Part shown: piece after piece, positions 7,112 through 14,136 of the stretch
Numbering within the stretch: position 1 is the first letter of the stretch
Layout of the letters: each line of letters starts with the position of its first letter
Assembly: GCA_964633685.1 (NCBI GenBank)
Contig: CAZWGK010000002.1
Location: 1 to 33,225 of the forward strand
Length of the DNA: 33,225 nucleotides
Origin: an uncultured Bdellovibrionales bacterium
GTDB lineage: Bacteria > Bdellovibrionota_C > UBA2361 > J135
Reading direction: 5' to 3'
The notes under the pieces: model-generated
What the model saw: the letters and a program-made list of their open reading frames with translations, nothing else
What the model was told of the DNA's origin: nothing
Database searches by the model: none
Position numbers and translations under genes: made by a program

Positions 7112-8467
7112 ATGAAAATCAAAATAATACTGTCTGTAATAGTTGGCTCTTATCTCAATCTCGGCTCAACAGCGATCGCTGCTCCAAAAACGCCGACTCA
7201 AGTTAAAAAATTCTTAAGGACTCAAGCCAAAGCCGGCAAGTTGCTTCAAAAGCTTCCGCTCGCTTCGAAAGCAGTCAACACAAAAAAGAAAGCGGGAGCA
7301 AGCATCCTAGATACATCAGGAACCCCTCCCTTGTTAGTTAATATTCCCGATTCAAGCATTAAAAACTTATTCTGGAGCAACGGTGTAATTGATGGACTAA
7401 ATGCTACGCCCCCGGATTCGACAAGTTGCAACCAATTTTTCGGTAGCTCCATTGATGGTGAATCAGCTGGTAATGGAGCCTGTTATTTAGCCCAAAATGT
7501 TGGCTACTCATTTCAAACAGTATTAGAAAGTGCTTCATCATTCTGCTACATGCAAAAAATGTCTACAGCGCCAGCTGGGGTAACCATAACTGGAGCCAAT
7601 TCAGTATATGCAGCTTTAAGTCCTAAATCAGACATTACTGAAAAAATTATAAAGGCCTCAATTACTGGCTTTCCAGGTGAGGGGGCTGGCTCACAAACAA
7701 TATTTTTTGTCATACCTGGTCAAGCAACCAATGTGACAGATGGTAATATATACAGGCACAAGCTCTATTTTTGTAATGGATCGACCCCAATAGGAAAAGA
7801 GGAGGCCATTATTAAAAATAATTTGGAATACAGTCTTTTCCAAATAAATCAATCCGGCGGCTATGGCACATTTAGTAGCACGGTAAAATCGCGAATTACG
7901 CTTGATGAGAATAACAAGATTATATTTAACCCCAGCACCGATAAAGAGGTATCGATGGCCGGCCTTGGGGGATTCTGTACCTACAACAAAGCTGAAATGA
8001 CAATAAAAGCTGGTAAAATAAAACAAAAAAGTATGGACGATTGCGGTGGTCCTGAGCCACGAAAAGCCTATTCTGTTCTTCGGTATACTGGCACCTCAAT
8101 TCAAACTCTGAGATTTCAAGAAGGTGGCAATAAGGATAACTTTGGAACAACGATAACCGAGTATAGAAATACTAGGTATGTTTCATCACCTAATAACAGT
8201 GAGTTTAATTCAGATTTATCTCTAGTTAACTTTGACACCGATCCCTTTTTTGATGGCGCTCCGGTTTTAGATACAGCTGATTTTGAAGCTTTTGATTGCA
8301 GCAGAACAGATGTCGATGCCACCATTACAATGAATTTTGCAAATCCTCAGCTCCTGGCTCATACTTTTAGCTGTAATGACAGGTCGCTAAGCGGCATGAA
8401 TTTTTGTCGAGAGGACCCTGAAGTTGCATCAGCAGAAGCTGCCGCTTATGGCATATGTACCGGCTAA
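7112..8467 (+). CDS. Secreted hypothetical protein with 10 Cys
   Basis: GGGGGA lies 5 nt before the ATG at 7112; the track start at 7100 is TTG. The signal peptide is MKIKIILSVIVGSYLNLGSTAIA/AP. There are ten Cys in the mature part. No known domain recognised. Confidence 0.6.
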   Translation: MKIKIILSVIVGSYLNLGSTAIAAPKTPTQVKKFLRTQAKAGKLLQKLPLASKAVNTKKKAGASILDTSGTPPLLVNIPDSSIKNLFWSNGVIDGLNATPPDSTSCNQFFGSSIDGESAGNGACYLAQNVGYSFQTVLESASSFCYMQKMSTAPAGVTITGANSVYAALSPKSDITEKIIKASITGFPGEGAGSQTIFFVIPGQATNVTDGNIYRHKLYFCNGSTPIGKEEAIIKNNLEYSLFQINQSGGYGTFSSTVKSRITLDENNKIIFNPSTDKEVSMAGLGGFCTYNKAEMTIKAGKIKQKSMDDCGGPEPRKAYSVLRYTGTSIQTLRFQEGGNKDNFGTTITEYRNTRYVSSPNNSEFNSDLSLVNFDTDPFFDGAPVLDTADFEAFDCSRTDVDATITMNFANPQLLAHTFSCNDRSLSGMNFCREDPEVASAEAAAYGICTG

Positions 8468-8555
8468 GTAATTGAAATACCTATATTTATTTATCTAAAA
8501 TACTAGTCGCTCCAAGGCAATCATAACTCTAGAGATCTAGAAACTATGGTGTCAT

Positions 8556-10019
8556 ATGGGGCCCGAACTACCTGAAAATTCAAACCACATGAGTGTCCAC
8601 AGGCACTCTGATACTAATCCTGATTCGCTACTGGATACCTCCGCGACCCAACAACGACCTGCTCAGTCAAAAAAAATTGCTCATTACAACAATTTTATCT
8701 CCGATATGGCGGAATACATTCTGACGAATGACGGGCCAGATAAAAAGGGATACGCACATCCCACACCCAAAAGAATTCGGTTTGAATTTCTTGAAGAGGC
8801 ATTAGATAAGGCTTATCGCGCGGGACTTTCTCAAGAATGGCGTCCTTATCACTTTCAGGGACACGTCGGCACCTACTCCCGTGAACAATATGTGAATGAA
8901 CTGGTGGTAAAAAAAACAGAGCAGGTGTTAACAGAGCAATTTAACGGTGAATTAACAACGCTCCTCACGCAAATCAAGGCCAAAGAGCTATTTAGTCCCC
9001 TAAAAGATCAGATAGGAGATAGAACGATACAGGTCCCAATTCAGTATGTTTCGAAAAAGTTCGAGGAGAGTCCTTACTTATTCCTACTTAAATATCTCGA
9101 ACTCAAGGGGCTAGACAAAGACTATAATCTTAAGCCCTATCATATGAGTCATATGCCTAGAGATTCCAGTAAGGATGAGTCTCTTTTAAAAGAAATAATA
9201 CTTAAAAAGGGGGAGCAACTCCTTGCACAAACAAAATTTAAAAACGATCCATTTCTTTTAGTCACCACCCTAACAAATGAAGATATGCACCAACCTTTTA
9301 TGGATCTCTTGGGGGGTAAAAATATACCTGTTAGCACCCGAACTATCATGGATGTTCTGGGAGATAGCCCTTTTCGATTTGCCAAAAAATTGATTGAAGT
9401 AAAAGGATTATCCGAGTTAAGCGGATTGAGGCCGTATCATATGCAATCAAGAGCTCAACGCGGTGCATTCGAAGACCAAGAAATAGTCGACGAAGTAATT
9501 ATTAAAGTATTGGACTCCCTTTTGGGCTCAGACAAGTATCAGGGAGATGTGCTAAAGCTACTAACTGAAGCATCCATGGATGAGCTAGCACTTTCACATA
9601 TTGATCATCTGGCAGGTCGAGAAATCGAGGTAAGCCTGGCTCGAGTGGCAAGCCTTCATTACTACGATCGATATTCCATATTAATGCACTATCGGGACCT
9701 GAAGGGATACGATGAATTCAAGGATCTAAAGCCTTATCACCTAAAGCCTAGAATGTCGCGCGGTGCCCTAGAGGACAAACAGCTTCGCGATGAATTCGTA
9801 GGCAAATTAATAAACAATCTGTTAAACTCTCCCAAGTATGGTGGCGATTTCAATAAATTCTGCAATACAGTAATACTAAGCGAGTTAATTCAACCATTTC
9901 CTGATCGCATAGGCTCCCATGTTATCACAGTATCTCCTCGAGCACTGCTTATGAGATTCAACGATAGCCCCACGCAGTTACTAACTTACTACAAACAAAA
10001 CGTCGCAAAGTTAGGCTAG
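8556..10019 (+). CDS. Hypothetical protein built from four ~97-100-aa tandem repeats, each with an [RK]PYH motif
   Basis: [RK]PYH occurs at aa 96-99, 193-196, 292-295 and 392-395. Each unit also conserves ...KG[LY].....L[RK]PYH.......[DE]....E.....LL......G..I.VS......F.DSP. The start codon is uncertain; an alternative ATG is at 8589. Confidence 0.6.
   Translation: MGPELPENSNHMSVHRHSDTNPDSLLDTSATQQRPAQSKKIAHYNNFISDMAEYILTNDGPDKKGYAHPTPKRIRFEFLEEALDKAYRAGLSQEWRPYHFQGHVGTYSREQYVNELVVKKTEQVLTEQFNGELTTLLTQIKAKELFSPLKDQIGDRTIQVPIQYVSKKFEESPYLFLLKYLELKGLDKDYNLKPYHMSHMPRDSSKDESLLKEIILKKGEQLLAQTKFKNDPFLLVTTLTNEDMHQPFMDLLGGKNIPVSTRTIMDVLGDSPFRFAKKLIEVKGLSELSGLRPYHMQSRAQRGAFEDQEIVDEVIIKVLDSLLGSDKYQGDVLKLLTEASMDELALSHIDHLAGREIEVSLARVASLHYYDRYSILMHYRDLKGYDEFKDLKPYHLKPRMSRGALEDKQLRDEFVGKLINNLLNSPKYGGDFNKFCNTVILSELIQPFPDRIGSHVITVSPRALLMRFNDSPTQLLTYYKQNVAKLG
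8841..10016 (+). repeat. Four in-frame, divergent tandem repeats of 291-300 nt (protein-level repeats)
   Basis: The repeat-anchoring codons for [RK]PYH start at 8841, 9132, 9429 and 9729, giving periods of 291, 297 and 300 nt. Identity is at the amino-acid-motif level, not the nucleotide level. Confidence 0.7.
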
Positions 10020-10927
10020 GGGATTTCTTTTAGGCGAGACACAGCAGTCTTGACCGCCACCTTACTCTGATCAACCAAAAGATACCGTCGATTTAATTTT
10101 TTAGCTGCGACGCCTGTAGTGCCAGAGCCACAAAAAAAGTCCGCTACTAAATCTCCTTCATTGCTGGATGCCTGTATTATTCTCTCCAGAAGCAAAAGCG
10201 GCTTCTGGGTCGGATAGTCAACTCTCTCAGGCTGATTACCTCGAAGGGCTGGGATATCCCACACATCTCGCATAGTCACTAAGTTATAAACCCCCTGCTC
10301 ATCTTTCTTTAGATCAATATTTTTAAATCCATAATTATGAGAGAGGTATGACTTCTCCTTCATGAGATTCCAGGTGGCTTTTCTCCAGTTTTTCACGCAA
10401 AAATGAATAGTATCGTGTTTTTTTGCAAATCCTAACCGATTTGAGTTCCCTCCAGTTTTATAGAACCAAATAATTTCATTTACGTAGTTTGACTCACCAA
10501 AAAGCTCTAAAAGCATCAACTTTAAACGTGCAGAGGTCCGATAATCAGTATGAAGATATAGAGCCCCTCGCGGACTCAGAAGTTGATACATGATTTCAAC
10601 TCGAGCCCTAATGTACTCCCAATAATCATCCCCTTTCGCAGCGAACTTGTCGCTATATGCCCTTGCTTTTGATTGAGTTGTGTAAAAATCTCTTTCTGTC
10701 TTAAAAGGCGGATCAAGATAGATCAGATCTACTTTTCCAGCATGCGTTTGCAAAAGGTCTCTGAGCAAATCAAGATTGTCACTCAAATATACCTCTCCTA
10801 ACTCTTTTGCTCCCGCATTATCTCGAAAATAAACTTCCGGAAGAATAATTTTGGACTTCGACTCAATTCGCCTTTTTGTTGAAGTCGATTTTTGTTTTGA
10901 TTTAGACGAGTTTAAAACTTTACTCAT
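10016..10927 (-). CDS. Beta-class N6-adenine/N4-cytosine DNA methyltransferase (N6_N4_Mtase family)
   Basis: Motif IV (LIYLDPPF) precedes motif I (DFFCGSGTTGVAA), the beta-class circular permutation. The N-terminal tail is Lys/Ser-rich. No restriction endonuclease is recognisable next to it. Confidence 0.85.
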   Translation of the reverse strand: MSKVLNSSKSKQKSTSTKRRIESKSKIILPEVYFRDNAGAKELGEVYLSDNLDLLRDLLQTHAGKVDLIYLDPPFKTERDFYTTQSKARAYSDKFAAKGDDYWEYIRARVEIMYQLLSPRGALYLHTDYRTSARLKLMLLELFGESNYVNEIIWFYKTGGNSNRLGFAKKHDTIHFCVKNWRKATWNLMKEKSYLSHNYGFKNIDLKKDEQGVYNLVTMRDVWDIPALRGNQPERVDYPTQKPLLLLERIIQASSNEGDLVADFFCGSGTTGVAAKKLNRRYLLVDQSKVAVKTAVSRLKEIP

Positions 10928-11068
10928 TTATTTTGTTTAATTTCTTAACTTAATACCAAGATAGGAATTGTTAAGATCTGAGGCAATCCTATATTAATTT
11001 CAATTTCTCATCATTGTAACTTTATATTTTCCTGATATTATGCCCGAAATTACAAGGACCAATCACTT

Positions 11069-11743
11069 ATGGCAGCCAAGACTGAGAGAGAGTTAAAGAT
11101 TTTTGTGCTAGCCTCCCATCTTAAAAAGTCAATTAACCTCAAAAAGCTTAGCTGGATAAAAATTTCTCAGAGATATTTTTCTGATTCAAATCTTGAAGCA
11201 GCCTATCGAATTATTTTCAATAATGATGGCCAAATTCCACCTCTTATGACTGGTCGGTTACGTGCGTCTAAAACAAAAACTGGGGCCGTAAAATACTTCG
11301 CTACCTTTAAAGGTCCTTATTTATCCGAATACAGTAGAGATGAGCACGAACGGAAAATCTCCCGCGCTCTCTACGATAGGCTAATAGTCTTATGTCAGGG
11401 ATTCTCGGTCGATAAGATTCGTTATCATCTGCCAGGCCATATCTACTTAGATAAAACTAAAACAAAAATTATTGCTGAAATTGACCATCTTACCTCATGG
11501 AGCGATCAATTCTTTACAATCGATATTGAAGTTGTAAGTGATAAGCAAATTAGAGCATTGAGAAGAGGTCAACACTCATTTGAGTTTCTAAAGAAGGGTG
11601 CAATTGACATCACAAAAGAGCCGTTCCCCGTCAGACGGGCTTTAAGCATGAAATTTCTATCACGGAATGGATATTCGGAGGTCACAAAAAAAGTCGTAAA
11701 AAGACTATCCTCTAAAGCTAGAGCCAAGCTAGAGACCCTATAA
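11069..11743 (+). CDS. CYTH-domain protein (CyaB/ThTPase-like triphosphate tunnel enzyme) with a basic C-terminal tail
   Basis: The N-terminal ExExK signature is (T)ERELK. ISQRYF, RLR, SRDEHERKI, KIRY and a terminal IDIEV strand follow, in the usual CYTH order. Confidence 0.6.
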   Translation: MAAKTERELKIFVLASHLKKSINLKKLSWIKISQRYFSDSNLEAAYRIIFNNDGQIPPLMTGRLRASKTKTGAVKYFATFKGPYLSEYSRDEHERKISRALYDRLIVLCQGFSVDKIRYHLPGHIYLDKTKTKIIAEIDHLTSWSDQFFTIDIEVVSDKQIRALRRGQHSFEFLKKGAIDITKEPFPVRRALSMKFLSRNGYSEVTKKVVKRLSSKARAKLETL

Positions 11744-11845
11744 AATTTTGCACAGCAGTAGAAACAGACTTCTTACTCATTCAATAAGGCCCAGCGGCTG
11801 TTCATAAAATTGATTACTTTCAAGATGTTACGAAGCCATTAAGTA

Positions 11846-11861
11846 CGGCATCAGAATTGCC
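11846..11861 (+). promoter_or_regulatory. Candidate sigma54 (-24/-12) promoter upstream of the minor-pilin operon
   Basis: CGGCATCAGAATTGCC compares with the consensus TGGCAC-N5-TTGCW. GG at 11847-11848 and GC at 11859-11860 have the correct spacing. The site is about 72 nt upstream of the ATG at 11933. Confidence 0.35.
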
Positions 11862-11932
11862 ATATAGCAGTTAGGGTGGTGAATTAGTTAAGAAAAATCA
11901 CTACTCTGGTAAAGGTTATAAGAGTTAGCTGT

Positions 11933-12364
11933 ATGGACACTTATAGTCAAAAAGGTTTTAGCCTTTTGGATCTTCTAGTTGCGATATCGATATCGAGCGT
12001 TGTTGCTTCAATTGCACTTCCGTCAATCTCTGAGGTGGTAGGTCAAATGCAAGCCAGTCAGGATTTGAGAAAATTATCATTTATGCTCAGCGAGCTTCGC
12101 TCAGAAGCTATTCGTACTAAAATGAACGTGCGGATATCATTTAATTCATCTGGATACACTTGGGACATTGGTGACGATGGCATGGCCGATGGAAAGATAG
12201 GACTTCTGGCAAGTTCTACCTGGAAAAACGGTACTCCTTCTGACATTGTCTTTAATGGACTAGGTACTGCGAGAGGTATCGGCTCTCAAATGACCATAGC
12301 AATAAAGAATAGAAATAGAGAGCTTGATTGCACCATCAATTCTAACGGTTATATAAGCCTATGA
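11933..12364 (+). CDS. fimT: GspH/FimT-like type IV minor pilin (pseudopilin)
   Basis: Class III signal MDTYSQKG/FSLLDLLVAISISSVVASIALP, with D rather than E at +5. Size is 143 aa. It is the first gene of the minor-pilin operon. Confidence 0.7.
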   Translation: MDTYSQKGFSLLDLLVAISISSVVASIALPSISEVVGQMQASQDLRKLSFMLSELRSEAIRTKMNVRISFNSSGYTWDIGDDGMADGKIGLLASSTWKNGTPSDIVFNGLGTARGIGSQMTIAIKNRNRELDCTINSNGYISL

Positions 12365-12807
12365 CCAATGATTCAGTGTCGCTCCATAAAGAATCTGGCA
12401 CTGGTCTTATAGAGAATCTTGTTTCTCTTGCTATCCTCTCGATCGTCATAGCATCAGTCGCATCTTCGATTTTATTTACCTTGCACTCAAACAACTCAAC
12501 TAGAACTCAAACGGCTGCTATGTCAGAGGTTCAGTCTATTGTTGATGACCTACGATATTCCGGCTACACAAATATCCTTGATAAATTTAACTCCATATAT
12601 AGCTCGATTGCTAATGAGCAGACAGCCTCGGAAACAATTACTGGTGCAAACTCCCGAGCTTCGTATCTAATTACTTATACAGCAGTCAAAAGAACCGCCG
12701 GCTCAAATCCCGAGGCTGTAAAGATTAGGATTGTAGTTAATCATCGGGGCGGACCAGCCGACACAAACAACTTCGCATTTGAAACGATCATAGCGGAGGC
12801 CGCATGA
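12361..12807 (+). CDS. pilV: PilV-like type IV minor pilin
   Basis: Prepilin-type N-terminus ...KESG/TGLIENLVSLAILSIVIAS with E at +5. An ATGA overlap links it to the upstream gene. Confidence 0.65.
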   Translation: MTNDSVSLHKESGTGLIENLVSLAILSIVIASVASSILFTLHSNNSTRTQTAAMSEVQSIVDDLRYSGYTNILDKFNSIYSSIANEQTASETITGANSRASYLITYTAVKRTAGSNPEAVKIRIVVNHRGGPADTNNFAFETIIAEAA

Positions 12808-13445
12808 TCATATCTGGCCAAAAAAATGAAAGGGGATTTGGCCTAACAGAGGTTCTAGTATCTGTTTTTATTTTTGGAATCGCTTTGCTGTCTATAAGCT
12901 CTTTCAACTCTCTTACCTTTGGCAATCTCGGCATAGAGAATAAAATATCAGCCTCAGTTCGCGAGGCTCGGAATGCTGTTAATTTGCTCAGCACTGAATT
13001 AAGAATGAGTTCAACAATATCCCCATATATTCCTGGCAACTCAACATCTTTGGTTGATTGTACCGATTTTATCGAGGCGTCAAGTACGGCAATTAAATTT
13101 TTGGTAGTTCATGACGACTATGCTGCACCAAATGGTATCCAACCGTACTATGTTGGTTACAGCTATGACCCAAACAGTAAGATATTACTACGAGGCGAGG
13201 TGCCAGCTCCAATAACAACGACTTGCTCCATTCCCGCTGAAGACCCCACCTCCGCGCAATATGCGAAAACTATCGCTCAACGAGTTGCCCAAACCGATAT
13301 TAATGAAGACGGAATTATCGAGCCAATATTCCACTTTTCAGATGGAGTACTAACTGTAAATCTTGAAGTAGAAGCAACTGGACCTAGTCGGCTATTTCGA
13401 GAGCAAAAAATTTCCACTAGAATCTTCACAAGGAGCTCAGGATGA
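12804..13445 (+). CDS. pilW: PilW-like type IV minor pilin
   Basis: Prepilin-type N-terminus ...NERG/FGLTEVLVSVFIFGIALLS with E at +5. ATGA overlap with the upstream gene. Position in the operon fits PilW. Confidence 0.65.
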   Translation: MIISGQKNERGFGLTEVLVSVFIFGIALLSISSFNSLTFGNLGIENKISASVREARNAVNLLSTELRMSSTISPYIPGNSTSLVDCTDFIEASSTAIKFLVVHDDYAAPNGIQPYYVGYSYDPNSKILLRGEVPAPITTTCSIPAEDPTSAQYAKTIAQRVAQTDINEDGIIEPIFHFSDGVLTVNLEVEATGPSRLFREQKISTRIFTRSSG

Positions 13446-14134
13446 GTACCCTATCGAGATTCTCGAATAGACTCTTCCGAAATGAAGCCGGACTATCTCT
13501 TCCGGTTGTGCTGTTTATGGTTTTGGCGATAATGGGTGCTTCAGCAATATTCGCGACCGTCGGAACACAAAACCTACGCGAAACCAAGATAATTCAGACT
13601 AACCATGATAGCTTTTACATCGCCGAAGGGGCCTTACAAGATTTCATAAGCCAATTAGCTGTTTACCCCCAACTTTGGCGAGAAAAGACAAATTTACTGG
13701 AGATGCCCTTGGATTATGATCAGTATAACCCTCTAAATTATGAATCAGCTAACGGAATTCCTTCATGTTCTGGAGAGGCCTGCCAAAGACAATTGTATCC
13801 AGTAGGTGGTGGTTTATTAAAAAACTTCGGTCCTATTGGAGACTCTGGCGATACGGTAAATACGCTGGCTCCAATCACTCAACAACTAAACTTAAGCTCA
13901 CCACCAACTCCAGATTTAGTTCTTAATAATAAAAATGCTTGGTATCAAGTTGAGAGGCTTGACGAAACATCTATCTCAAACGAAACAATCGGTGCTAGTC
14001 TTTCTAATTACGAGCCGCATAGTAATGGATACAGTGGGGTTCGCTTTAGAATTACTGCGTCAACAACAAGAACTCTAAAAGGGAGAAGTGGAATATCTAC
14101 AGTAGTAGCTGTAGTTGAACTACCACCAGCTTAA
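13442..14134 (+). CDS. pilX: PilX-like minor pilin (PilX_N-type hydrophobic N-terminus, no E5)
   Basis: N-terminus NEAGLSLPVVLFMVLAIMGASAIF. ATGA overlap with the upstream gene. It lies immediately upstream of pilY1. Confidence 0.55.
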   Translation: MSTLSRFSNRLFRNEAGLSLPVVLFMVLAIMGASAIFATVGTQNLRETKIIQTNHDSFYIAEGALQDFISQLAVYPQLWREKTNLLEMPLDYDQYNPLNYESANGIPSCSGEACQRQLYPVGGGLLKNFGPIGDSGDTVNTLAPITQQLNLSSPPTPDLVLNNKNAWYQVERLDETSISNETIGASLSNYEPHSNGYSGVRFRITASTTRTLKGRSGISTVVAVVELPPA

Positions 14135-14136
14135 AT

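Noticed and set aside
7691-8150. Antisense ORFs (7691-8026, 7926-8150, 8116-8325) inside the secreted-protein gene
   Set aside because: They are nested antisense to a longer ORF with a signal peptide. Composition is biased, no SD is present, and they are most likely chance ORFs.
8521-8545. Cluster of overlapping restriction-type palindromes (TCTAGA / AGATCT / CTAG) upstream of the repeat-protein gene, considered as a possible operator
   Set aside because: The longer sequence is not a true inverted repeat. Short 6-bp palindromes are expected by chance in an AT-rich intergenic region.
8468-11068. Mobile genetic island carrying the methyltransferase
   Set aside because: By eye there is no integrase, transposase, tRNA, flanking direct repeats or obvious compositional shift. 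Without a comparative genome this cannot be supported.
11933-14134. Type II secretion pseudopilin operon (GspH/I/J/K)
   Set aside because: The cassette is followed directly by a PilY1-family gene with the GANDGMLHAF propeller signature. This marks it as a type IV pilus minor-pilin operon rather than a T2SS operon.
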